Below, in pieces: positions 1-7,685 of a DNA stretch of 64,000 nucleotides. The number at the start of each line of letters is the position of its first letter. The first letter of the stretch is position 1. The notes below the pieces were generated by a model that was not told where the DNA came from, did no database searches, and was given only the letters and a program-made list of their open reading frames with translations. A program made the position numbers and the translations under genes. The stretch comes from Chloroflexota bacterium (GTDB lineage Bacteria; Chloroflexota; Dehalococcoidia; JACQUO01). The stretch covers positions 11,197 through 75,196 of the forward strand of contig JACQUO010000029.1 in NCBI GenBank assembly GCA_016210205.1, written 5' to 3'.

Positions 1-114
1 CTGCACCAGAACGAGCACGCCGCCGGCCGGGACCTGACGGCGGCGCTGCGGGATGCCCCCCACGGCGAGGAGGTGCTGCAGGACCTGCCCATCGCGGGCG
101 AGCTGGGGGACTAG
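1..114 (+). CDS. 3' end of an unidentified protein-coding gene (partial, enters from the left edge)
   Basis: The frame is open from position 1 with GC3-rich codons (ctg cac cag aac gag cac gcc ...). It ends at TAG 112-114 and is followed by a hairpin terminator. No family was recognised from the 37 residues. Confidence 0.4.
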   Translation: MHQNEHAAGRDLTAALRDAPHGEEVLQDLPIAGELGD

Positions 115-191
115 GGGAGCGAGACCCGGGGCGGCGCGGCCTAGACGCCCACCCACGGCGCAAGCCAGCCACATCCGCCCCAGGACGCGAA

Positions 192-222
192 AGAGGCCCC
201 CGAGGGGGGGCCTCTCTGTTTT
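192..222 (+). terminator. Rho-independent terminator-like hairpin
   Basis: agaggccccc / gag / gggggcctct forms a 10-bp GC stem, followed by ctgtttt. It lies between the left-edge gene and the displaced dnaN tail copy. Confidence 0.6.
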
Positions 223-235
223 GGGCTTAATGTCT

Positions 236-258
236 ACCACTGCACGAACATGGGCATG
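236..258 (-). repeat. Displaced exact copy of the dnaN 3' terminus (att-like direct repeat, copy 1)
   Basis: accactgcacgaacatgggcatg is identical to 2942-2964. Read on the minus strand it gives MPMFVQW plus a TAG stop (cta 234-236). It marks the boundary between GC-rich DNA on the left and AT-rich DNA on the right. Confidence 0.8.
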
Positions 259-469
259 TTATTCAAGCCAGAGCGTTAACGATGACTGCGGGCTGGGTTT
301 CTGTAATCAGATTTCATCGAGCCTTGAACCTTTCAGACAACAAGCGTTCTGCTCCCAGCCTCGGGTAAAAGTTTGACGCTACAAATCATACTCCGCACGT
401 CCGCTTAATTCAATTGCTGCCTCGTATACGTGGAACAATAGTCATTAGGTAAAGGACATCCTTAATCCT

Positions 470-2278
470 TTATTGTGCCATTTCTACAGCTTTATAGATA
501 CAATTTCTTAAGCATTCAGGAACGTCACTCGGATCTGAAAGGTTCTTTGCTAAGGCCAAACCCAATTTGGGTTTATTTGGTATACCTGATTCCCTCAGTA
601 ATTTGTCAACGAACCCTTGTGGAGGAGCCCTCAGTGAAGCAACCTTTTCTGGCGTCCAGCCATCATATTTCGTCTCCGCACGCAATACTTTAGCCCAGAC
701 TTCATCTGAAAACGAATACTCAAAATGGTCCGGGCAGACGAAATATACTTGCTGCGGAATATTAAAGCCAGCCCTATTCAGAGCATCTTGAGTAAGATGA
801 CGGGCAACTCCTTTGTTGCGAGTGGTGTCCTGGTCAACTGCGAACACGACTTTCCTTTTATGTTTATGTAAGAACTTGGCAAATACAACGGCGCCGTAAT
901 TGTCATATGAATTAACGAGCCTTACCCCTTTTGTATATGTGTCCTGACCGGTACACAGCTTGAATATTATCGGAATCGCGGTTTCTTCTGTTTTCCCTTC
1001 GAACAATAGAAAACAGCGTTCGTAAAACATGAGCGCATGATGCAACCCTAATCCATCTCCGAGACGATGCAAAAAGAATTCCACCTCTTCAAGATTGGTC
1101 GAATCAGGAACGAAAGACTCGACACTCGACTTAGTCCTGGACGGGTCAAGAGCATAATAGTTGAGTTTCTCAACAGGCACCCGATTTATTAGATTCACGG
1201 AATGCGTACAAATAACGATCTGGACCAACGGGCTGACAAATCCCTGGATGATGTCAAACAACTTTCTCTGGGATTGATAGTCAAGGGACGTATCGGGTTC
1301 ATCAAGTGCCAGAATCAGAGGTCTCGCTCCTTCGTTTTGACGCTTTTTCAAGATTTCCGAACTCCATTCATACACGGCCAATGTGATGTGCTTCTGAACG
1401 CCTGTGCCCCGTTTTTTAAGCAATATAGGGCGGTCATTTTGGTCTCGGAGTCGCAATTCTATTGTCTTGAAACCGGATTCGAAATTGAATTCCGTGTCGA
1501 CTGAGACGGATTTCACTTCAGGCCGATACTTCCGGACAAACGGGTTCAATGCAGCAGCTTCTTCGCGGAGTTTGGTGGTGATATTCTCCTGGACTTTTAA
1601 CAAGTGCCCTGAGTTTTCTGGTTTTTCGATCTCTTGCTTAAATATGGTACGGAGAACTCCGCTCACTACTGATGTTGGATCGCTTGCACTAGAAAACCGC
1701 GTAAATTCGGGTAATAGAGGCTTTATCGAGTTAGGGAAAGCAACTGTTCCTTGGGTCGTTGGTTGCCCATCCTTGTATTTTCTTATGGCGTCGACAAACG
1801 GCTGCTTGGACTGGCCTCCGATTCCTAATCCCAATTCACCCGCGAGGGTTCTCAAGGTGGCAATGTTCTCTGATTCAAAATCGATGCGCAGACGTTCATC
1901 GACTGGAACCTGACCAACTACGAGGATTTTGGGTTGTTCACCAGAGTTGAAACTCTTTTGAATATGTAGGCAGTCATCCTCCAAAGGTGCGGACTTTGTT
2001 ACTTCTGTCTTCTCGGTCTCCGTAGGCCTGAACTTGCCTTCGATTAGCATATATTGTTCGTGCGGTATCACGTCATGTTCGTCAGGCGTGCTGCCGGGCA
2101 TGTACGAGAAGTCTTCTGTGTCGGGTTGCCTGCTACCCAGAAGGATTTCCAATGCATCTAGAGTTGCGGTCTTCCCACCGTCGTTCTCGCCAATCAAGAC
2201 ACTCAAATCGCGGAATTGGATCCATTCCGTTTGATAGAGCGACCTGAAATGTGTTACTCGAATACTAGTCAACTGCAT
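470..2278 (-). CDS. OLD-family ATP-dependent nuclease (ABC-type ATPase fused to Toprim)
   Basis: 602-aa ORF. ATPase motifs: Walker A GENDGGKT, signature-like RGTGVQKH, Walker B LILALDEPDTSLD, H-loop CTHS. C-terminal Toprim motifs: LLFEGKTEE and FAVDQD. The gene and its flanks (about 259-2436) are clearly AT-richer than the rest of the window. Confidence 0.85.
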   Translation of the reverse strand: MQLTSIRVTHFRSLYQTEWIQFRDLSVLIGENDGGKTATLDALEILLGSRQPDTEDFSYMPGSTPDEHDVIPHEQYMLIEGKFRPTETEKTEVTKSAPLEDDCLHIQKSFNSGEQPKILVVGQVPVDERLRIDFESENIATLRTLAGELGLGIGGQSKQPFVDAIRKYKDGQPTTQGTVAFPNSIKPLLPEFTRFSSASDPTSVVSGVLRTIFKQEIEKPENSGHLLKVQENITTKLREEAAALNPFVRKYRPEVKSVSVDTEFNFESGFKTIELRLRDQNDRPILLKKRGTGVQKHITLAVYEWSSEILKKRQNEGARPLILALDEPDTSLDYQSQRKLFDIIQGFVSPLVQIVICTHSVNLINRVPVEKLNYYALDPSRTKSSVESFVPDSTNLEEVEFFLHRLGDGLGLHHALMFYERCFLLFEGKTEETAIPIIFKLCTGQDTYTKGVRLVNSYDNYGAVVFAKFLHKHKRKVVFAVDQDTTRNKGVARHLTQDALNRAGFNIPQQVYFVCPDHFEYSFSDEVWAKVLRAETKYDGWTPEKVASLRAPPQGFVDKLLRESGIPNKPKLGLALAKNLSDPSDVPECLRNCIYKAVEMAQ

Positions 2279-2439
2279 TGTTTAACCTCAAATAGATCGC
2301 AGTTGTATTGGCAAAAGCTATCCAGAAGCTTGATGGTTCAGCTTCGAGGACAAGCGCCTTGCTTTGAAAGCCCTTCAGGTCAAAGTGGTAGTCGGCAAAT
2401 CTGGGGTAAAGCTATCTGGCTTAATTCCAGATTTTAACG

Positions 2440-2498
2440 CTACCACTGGACGAACACGGGCATGACCCCAGGGACGAAGTTGCCCACCCCCACGGGCC
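2440..2498 (-). repeat. Degenerate copy of the dnaN 3' terminus (copy 2)
   Basis: 2442-2498 aligns to 2942-2998 at an offset of exactly 500 bp, with 51/57 identical by hand alignment. It translates as GPVGVGNFVPGVMPVFVQW-TAG, against RPVGVDNFVHVVMPMFVQW-TGA in the functional gene. Confidence 0.75.
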
Positions 2499-2721
2499 TA
2501 CCCGTAAAACTCCTCTTCTGCTATCCCGCTCCCCTCGATAATGCTCCTCAGGGTGCCCAGTGGCAGTTGCTTCCCTTTGTGGTAGGGAACAACCACCTGC
2601 TTCCCCGTATCGCTGTCGCGCCACTTCTGATGACTGCCCCGCTGGGAGACGAGTATGAAACCGTGCCGTTGGAGAATCTCGTGACTTGGTCAGCCCTGAG
2701 CCGAGGCAACTTTGGTGCCAT
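2498..2721 (-). pseudogene. hicA: HicA-family mRNA interferase toxin, disrupted by a 1-nt frameshift
   Basis: The ATG at 2719-2721 overlaps the hicB stop (ATGA). Frame 1 reads MAPKLPRLRADQVTR and then becomes nonsense. The adjacent frame reads (E)ILQRHGFILVSQRGSHQKWRDSDTGKQVVVPYHKGKQLPLGTLRSIIEGSGIAEEEFYG-stop, a canonical HicA core. The span is 224 nt, not a multiple of 3, and a missing base near 2676-2678 would restore the frame. Confidence 0.7.
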
Positions 2722-2927
2722 CAGGCGGGCACTTCCACCTCGAAGACTCTCCCTTCAGGTCTGATATTGACAGCGGACGGCTCTAGATAGAGGGCTATAG
2801 CCTCTTTGATGTTCTCTAGGGCCTCTTCTTCCGTATCGCCCGCGCTGGTGCACCCCGGCAGCTCAGGACAGTAGACAGCATAGCTACCTACTTCTGCATC
2901 GTATTCAACGACCACTCGTAGCTTCAT
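2721..2927 (-). CDS. hicB: HicB-like antitoxin (short, N-terminal HicB fold only)
   Basis: 68 aa: MKLRVVVEYDAEVGSYAVYCPELPGCTSAGDTEEEALENIKEAIALYLE. This is typical of the HicB/UPF0150 family. Its stop overlaps the hicA start. Confidence 0.8.
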   Translation of the reverse strand: MKLRVVVEYDAEVGSYAVYCPELPGCTSAGDTEEEALENIKEAIALYLEPSAVNIRPEGRVFEVEVPA

Positions 2928-2939
2928 TTGACCCTCCCC

Positions 2940-4073
2940 TCACCACTGCACGAACATGGGCATGACCACATGGACGAAGTTGTCCACGCCCACGGGCCGG
3001 ATGACCCCGGGGCTGGTGGGCGAGGTGGTCTCCAGGGCCACCTGCTCGCTGTCCAGGACCGAGAGCACCTCGGTGAGATACTTGGCGTTGAAGGCGATTT
3101 TGCCCGCCTCGCCGGTCACCGCGGCGTCCAGCTCCCCCAGGTTCTCGCCCAGCTCCTCGGCCCGGGCGGAGACGGCCAGCTTCCCGGGGCCCAGCTCGCC
3201 CGCCGGGGTCACCTGCAGGCGGATGATGCCCGAGCCGTCTCGGGCGAAGATGGCGGCGGCCTTGGTGGCCCGCAGGAACTCGGCCCGGTTCACCACGGCC
3301 CGGCTCTGGGAGGACTGGGGGATGAGCTGGCCGTAGTTGGGGAAGGTGCCCTGAACCAGCTGGGAGACCATCTCCGCATTCTTCAGCTTGAAGAGCGCCT
3401 GGCTGCGGGCGGCATTCACCGTGACCTGCACCGGCTCCTCCTGGCCGTCCAGGAGGCGGTTCAGCTCCTGCAGGGAGCGGGCGGGGATAATCACGGCCAC
3501 CTTCTCCGCCACGGGCTGGTCTAAGGCCAGCTTGTGCACCGAGAGGCGGAAGCCGTCGGCGGCGGCCAGGGTGACGGTGGAGCCTTCGAAGCTGGCCTGG
3601 ACGCCGGTGAGCACGGGGCGGGACTCGTCGGTGGCGGCGGCGAAGGCCACCTGGTCGATGGCGGTATGCAGGGCGTCGCCGCCCACGGGAATGGCCACCC
3701 CCTCCCCGATGGTGGGGATGGGGGGGAAGTCCGCGGCGGCCTGCCCGGTGATTTTGGCCTCGTTGCGGCCGCAGGCGAGGTGGATGGTGTGGCTGCGAAG
3801 GGGCTGGCTCAGGTCCATGCGCTCGTTGGGCAGGGAGGAGACCAGGTCCGTGAGAAGCCGGGCGGGCACAGTGGTGGTGCCCTCCTCCTCCACCTTGGCC
3901 CCAATCCAGCAGGTGATGGCAATCTCCAGGTTGGTGGCCGACAGCTTCAGACGGCCCCCATCGGTGGCCAGGAGCACATTGTTGGTGATGGGCAAAGTCG
4001 TGCGGGTGGCCACCGCCCTCCCCACGATGCCGAGTCCCCGACTCAGGTTCTCCTGCAGGCACGAAAGTTTCAT
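2940..4073 (-). CDS. dnaN: DNA polymerase III beta subunit (sliding clamp)
   Basis: 377 aa, with length and sequence typical of a beta clamp (MKLSCLQENLSRGL..., ...TSPTSPGVIRPV...). An AGGGGGAGAG RBS lies upstream. Confidence 0.95.
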   Translation of the reverse strand: MKLSCLQENLSRGLGIVGRAVATRTTLPITNNVLLATDGGRLKLSATNLEIAITCWIGAKVEEEGTTTVPARLLTDLVSSLPNERMDLSQPLRSHTIHLACGRNEAKITGQAAADFPPIPTIGEGVAIPVGGDALHTAIDQVAFAAATDESRPVLTGVQASFEGSTVTLAAADGFRLSVHKLALDQPVAEKVAVIIPARSLQELNRLLDGQEEPVQVTVNAARSQALFKLKNAEMVSQLVQGTFPNYGQLIPQSSQSRAVVNRAEFLRATKAAAIFARDGSGIIRLQVTPAGELGPGKLAVSARAEELGENLGELDAAVTGEAGKIAFNAKYLTEVLSVLDSEQVALETTSPTSPGVIRPVGVDNFVHVVMPMFVQW

Positions 4074-4123
4074 CTCTCCCCCTTAAAAAGCCTTCGGCGG
4101 CGTTCTGGAAATTTTGTTGCCCC

Positions 4124-4152
4124 AGTATACAGCACCCCACAGGGCGGGACAA
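4124..4152 (-). promoter_or_regulatory. Putative sigma70-type promoter for dnaN
   Basis: The minus strand reads TTGTCC - 17 nt - TATACT, about 45 nt upstream of the dnaN ATG, inside the hemL-dnaN spacer. Confidence 0.45.
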
Positions 4153-4173
4153 GGAGATGAGCCGCGGTTTCGC

Positions 4174-5457
4174 TCAGAGGACAGAGAGCGCGCGGGCGGC
4201 GGCGGCGATGGTAGCCTCCACATCCTGCTCGGTGTGGGCCAGGGAGAGGAACCAGGCCTCGAACTGGGAGGGCGGGAGATAGACCCCGGCCTCCAGCATG
4301 GCCCGGAAGAAAGCGCCGTAGCGGGCAGTGTCGCAGCGCAGGGCGGAGTTGTAGTCGGTGACCTCGCCGGGGGTGAAGAAGAGGGTGAGGACGGAGCCGG
4401 CGCGGACGATGCGGGCGGGGATTTTGGCCTGGCGGCAGGCCGCGGCCAGGCCGGCCTCCAGGGTGCGGCCCAGGGCCTCCAGCTTCTCGTAGGCGCTCGG
4501 GGACTTGAGGGCCTCCAGGGTGGCGATGCCCGCGGCCATGGCCAGGGGGTTGCCGGAGAGCGTCCCCGCCTGATACACCGGCCCCTGGGGGGCGACTCGC
4601 TCCATGATGTCCCGCCGTCCGCCGTAGGCCCCCACGGGGAGGCCGCCGCCGATAATTTTCCCCAGGCAGGTGAGGTCGGGCTTTATCTGATAGTGTCCTT
4701 GCGCGCCGCCCCAGCCGAGGCGGAAGCCGGTGATGACCTCGTCGAAGATAAGCAGAGCGCCGTGCTCCGCCGTCAGTCGCCGCAGGCCCGGGAGGAAGCC
4801 CGGCCGGGGGAGAACCACCCCCATGTTGCCCGCCACCGGCTCCACGATGACGGCGGCGATGTCGCCCCCCTGGGCCTGGAAGATGCGCTCCAGGGCGCCC
4901 AGGTCGTTGTAGGGGGCCACGATGGTGTTCTGGGCATAGGAGGCGGGGACGCCGGGGCTGCCGGGGATGCCCAAAGTCGCCACGCCGGAGCCGGCCTCAG
5001 CTAATAGGCCATCGGAGTGGCCGTGGTAGCAGCCGGCGAACTTCACGATGAGGTCGCGCCCGGTGTAGCCCCGGGCCAGGCGCAGGGCGCTCATGGCGGC
5101 CTCGGTGCCGGAGGAGACGAAGCGCACCAGCTCCACCGAGGGCAGGGCCTCGCAGATGAGCTTGGCCAGGGTCGTCTCCTGGAGGCAGGGCGCGCCGAAG
5201 GTGGTGCCGTCCCGCAGCGCCTCCTGGATGGCCCGGGCCACCTTGGGGTGGGCGTGGCCCAAAATCAGGGGGCCCCAGGAACAGACATAGTCGATGAGCT
5301 CGTTGCCGTCCACATCGAAGATGCGGGCGCCGGCCCCGCGGCGGATGACCAGGGGCTCGCCGCCCACGGCCCCAAAGGCGCGCACGGGGCTGCTCACCCC
5401 GCCGGGTATGTAGCGCTGGGCCTCGGCGAAGAGCTTGCGGGAGAGGTCTCGCTTCAC
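4174..5457 (-). CDS. hemL: Glutamate-1-semialdehyde 2,1-aminomutase
   Basis: 427 aa class-III aminotransferase. The N-terminus ...[16 protein letters not shown]... and the PLP-lysine context CLGKIIGGG are typical of HemL. Confidence 0.95.
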   Translation of the reverse strand: MKRDLSRKLFAEAQRYIPGGVSSPVRAFGAVGGEPLVIRRGAGARIFDVDGNELIDYVCSWGPLILGHAHPKVARAIQEALRDGTTFGAPCLQETTLAKLICEALPSVELVRFVSSGTEAAMSALRLARGYTGRDLIVKFAGCYHGHSDGLLAEAGSGVATLGIPGSPGVPASYAQNTIVAPYNDLGALERIFQAQGGDIAAVIVEPVAGNMGVVLPRPGFLPGLRRLTAEHGALLIFDEVITGFRLGWGGAQGHYQIKPDLTCLGKIIGGGLPVGAYGGRRDIMERVAPQGPVYQAGTLSGNPLAMAAGIATLEALKSPSAYEKLEALGRTLEAGLAAACRQAKIPARIVRAGSVLTLFFTPGEVTDYNSALRCDTARYGAFFRAMLEAGVYLPPSQFEAWFLSLAHTEQDVEATIAAAARALSVL

Positions 5458-5807
5458 GGGGCGGGCTTGGCCCCGTCCACGGGAAAGCCGCGCTCGAGCC
5501 AGGCGTCCATGCCGCCCTGGAGGTTGTAGAGCCGCTTGCGCCCGGTGGAGGCGGCCATCTCCGCCGCCAGGGCCGAGCGCACTCCCGCGGCGCAGACGAA
5601 GATGATGGGCTGGGTCTGGCTCAGCTCCCGGGAGCGGGAAAGCACATCGTCCACGGGGATGTGGCGGGCGCCGGCGATGACGCCCGTCTCCGCCAGCTCC
5701 TTGGCGGTGCGCACATCCACCACCTGGACGCCGCCCCGGTCTATCATATTCCGGGCCCGCACCACTCCGATGCGGCGGAAGGGCTCTTTGGGTTCGCTTC
5801 TGGGCAT
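5454..5807 (-). CDS. Rhodanese-domain sulfurtransferase
   Basis: 117 aa, single rhodanese domain with active-site loop FVCAAGVRS. Its stop overlaps the hemL start by 4 bp. Confidence 0.85.
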   Translation of the reverse strand: MPRSEPKEPFRRIGVVRARNMIDRGGVQVVDVRTAKELAETGVIAGARHIPVDDVLSRSRELSQTQPIIFVCAAGVRSALAAEMAASTGRKRLYNLQGGMDAWLERGFPVDGAKPAP

Positions 5808-5844
5808 GGGGTGCTCCTCAATCTAGCTCGCTCAATGCCAACTT

Positions 5845-6008
5845 GTCATTCTGAGACCGCCGTAGGCGGACGAAGAATCTACAGCGATGTTCCCTCACTA
5901 ACCAACCATCCCCCTGGCACCCTTCCTTTTCCGGAAGGGGGGAGAAGAGGGAACTGGGGGACACCCCCAGACCCCCGCCAGAGAGGCACAGCCCCTCTGG
6001 GCTCCCCT
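5845..6008 (+). repeat. GC-rich composite palindromic repeat element (copy R1)
   Basis: A series of hairpin modules: gtcattctgagaccgccgtaggcggacgaagaatc; ccttttccggaagggg; gggggacaccccc; ccagagagg..cccctctgg. The core recurs at 7730-7800, 13860-13925, 19538-19592 and, inverted, at 29860-29900. Confidence 0.6.
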
Positions 6009-6009
6009 T

Positions 6010-6402
6010 TTACACGGCCTGGAGGTTTGCTATCAGTTCCTTGACCTTTCCCTCTATTATATCCCGAACCTCGCGGTATTTCCCGCTCGGCTGGCCCACG
6101 GGGTCCTCGAGGTCCCACTCCTCGGCGTCGGCGCGCGAGGCGGGGCAGGCGTCCAGGCCGCAGAGGGTCACCACCCGCTCGGCGTGGTCCAGCACCTCCC
6201 AGTCCAGGCCCTTGGGGCGGTGGCGGGAGATGTCGATGCCCCGCTCCCGCATGGCGGCGATGGCCCCTGGGGCCACGGCGGCGGCGGGGCTGCTGCCGGC
6301 GGACACCGCCCGCCAGCCGGGGGGCGCGAGATGGTTGAAGAAGCCCTCCGCCATCTGGGAGCGGCAGGAGTTGCCGATGCAGACGAAAAGCACGCGCCTC
6401 AT
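6010..6402 (-). CDS. arsC: Arsenate reductase, thioredoxin-coupled LMW-PTP type
   Basis: 130 aa. It has the P-loop CIGNSCRSQMAEG and the downstream Cys pair TLCGLDAC, as in the pI258 ArsC family. Its ATG overlaps the stop of the upstream 333-aa gene (ATGA). Confidence 0.85.
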   Translation of the reverse strand: MRRVLFVCIGNSCRSQMAEGFFNHLAPPGWRAVSAGSSPAAAVAPGAIAAMRERGIDISRHRPKGLDWEVLDHAERVVTLCGLDACPASRADAEEWDLEDPVGQPSGKYREVRDIIEGKVKELIANLQAV

Positions 6403-7400
6403 GGTTGGGCTTTCTTCCTACGGGGCGGCCCTAAATAGAGGTGTGCTTTTTCTTCACAGTGCTTCCGGACCATTTTCACCCACGGCTCGTACCAGTACCA
6501 AGTCTTTCCAAGTGGGGTGCCAAACCCTTTTCCCGGGTTTTTGGCATCCATGCCTTTCCATAGCTGGGCATGATGGTAGTAGTTGAACTGCCCATAGCCC
6601 TCATCCTCCATTAATTTGATTATCTGGTTGGGGAGGAACTTAGGGCGTTCCACATCTTTGAGAACCCAGTATTGTTTGTCTATCTCCTTTGCGGCATCGG
6701 AGTTGGGGTCAACAAACTCGATAACCTTATCCGCATGGCCCTTTCGGTTGGCCGTCTTTCTGGTGAATAGGAGCCGGTAGGCGTATTTAGGGCTATTGAA
6801 CTCCTCCTCCGAAAGTTTGTTGTCGAACTCCGCGACGTAGGCTTTCAGCCGCGGCGGCACATCCTCCTCACTCGGTATCGCCTCAATCTGTTCCCGCGAC
6901 AGCTCCATGAACTGCAAACTATACGTGAGTTGCTCGTCGAGGCCATACTTAGACCCGAACAACTGTCTGATATACATGTTGTAGTTGAGGGCGCATGCCT
7001 GGTAGCGTCCGCTGAGCCAGTTGTCCAGGTTAAGCGTCATCTGATGCTCGATCTCATGGCGCAGACCTATGAGAAACATGAGGTTGTTCTTGGCGTATCT
7101 ATCCACAGGACAGGCGCCGTCATTCAAACACCGTTCAAGCTCCCAATACTTGTAGGCTCCATGTTTGGTGCGGTGGAAACGCCGTCGTATTGGTCCCGGG
7201 TAGAAGTATCGGTACTCAATCCTCTTTTGTCGGTAATATGCATGGAGAAGATATGTCCAGGCGATGACCATTAGGATGATGAAAGTTTCCGATTTGAATT
7301 TCACCAGCGGGTTGTTGAAGACCTGAACCGCTGACAAAACCGCTTCCCGCGACTTGGCCAGTAGCTCTTGGCGCCACGAGAAAAGGCGGCGCTTTCCCAT
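6399..7400 (-). CDS. Hypothetical protein with an RHEIEH (Rx4H / HExxH) motif; possible HEPN-like or DUF3644-like protein
   Basis: 333-aa ORF with a GGAGG RBS 9 nt upstream. It is AT-richer than its neighbours. The N-terminal helix AVLSAVQVFNNPLVKFKSETFIILMVIAWTYLLHAYY resembles what I recall of DUF3644 (unverified). The motif GLRHEIEHQ is encoded at 7041-7067. Function is unknown. Confidence 0.8.
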   Translation of the reverse strand: MGKRRLFSWRQELLAKSREAVLSAVQVFNNPLVKFKSETFIILMVIAWTYLLHAYYRQKRIEYRYFYPGPIRRRFHRTKHGAYKYWELERCLNDGACPVDRYAKNNLMFLIGLRHEIEHQMTLNLDNWLSGRYQACALNYNMYIRQLFGSKYGLDEQLTYSLQFMELSREQIEAIPSEEDVPPRLKAYVAEFDNKLSEEEFNSPKYAYRLLFTRKTANRKGHADKVIEFVDPNSDAAKEIDKQYWVLKDVERPKFLPNQIIKLMEDEGYGQFNYYHHAQLWKGMDAKNPGKGFGTPLGKTWYWYEPWVKMVRKHCEEKAHLYLGPPRRKKAQP

Positions 7401-7436
7401 AGCTACACCTCCGTCTCCACCATCGTATCGCCACCC

Positions 7437-7637
7437 CTACCGGAACCGGCCCTGGCGCGTCAGGAAGTCGCCCACGGCCAGGCGCACCACGGCGCCCCGG
7501 CTCCAGCGCTGGCGGTAGGCCTGGGTGAACTCCCGGGCCAGCTGCTCCAGGGCCTCCACCTGCTCCTCCTCCAGATAGATGGTGAGGGGCCGCAGCTTCT
7601 CTTCCTGGTGGGATGCTCCGGGCTGTGCTTTCGCCAT
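7437..7637 (-). CDS. Ribbon-helix-helix (CopG/Arc-like) small DNA-binding protein
   Basis: 66 aa from an internal ATG with an AGGAGA RBS: MAKAQPGASHQEEKLRPLTIYLEEEQVEALEQLAREF... The pattern is a beta-strand followed by a helix. The longer 145-aa ORF version runs into repeat DNA and was not used. Confidence 0.7.
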   Translation of the reverse strand: MAKAQPGASHQEEKLRPLTIYLEEEQVEALEQLAREFTQAYRQRWSRGAVVRLAVGDFLTRQGRFR

Positions 7638-7685
7638 GGGTTGTCTCCTGTCGTGGGTTCTTGATGGGTTGAGGCTTGGGCTGAC

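Noticed and set aside
53-376. A 107-aa plus-strand ORF spanning the left gene end, the terminator hairpin and the start of the AT-rich islet.
   Set aside because: It crosses a terminator, a dnaN-tail remnant and a sharp compositional boundary. It is out of frame with the GC3-biased left-edge gene and shows no coding signature.
2905-4152. A 415-aa ORF, plus the 198-, 232- and 208-aa ORFs at 2928-4160, overlapping dnaN in other frames or on the opposite strand.
   Set aside because: Their translations are Gly/Arg/Pro/His-rich and low in complexity, which is typical of stop-codon-poor alternative frames in high-GC DNA. The locus is fully explained by a well-conserved dnaN.
2940-4173. The chromosomal replication origin (oriC) lying next to dnaN.
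   Set aside because: There is no dnaA gene. I noticed no cluster of DnaA-box-like 9-mers and no AT-rich unwinding element. The AT-rich DNA nearby is the inserted OLD islet. A computational DnaA-box and GC-skew search is still needed to be sure.
5661-6118. ORFs encoding recurring peptides such as GTPPDPRQRG, LLQERG and PERSEGS. Further examples are 7703-7888, 13714-13950, 13934-14179, 29781-30065 and 29819-30024.
   Set aside because: The recurrence comes from the dispersed DNA repeat elements being translated in various frames. The copies differ by indels that break any common reading frame, so these are repeats and not a protein family.
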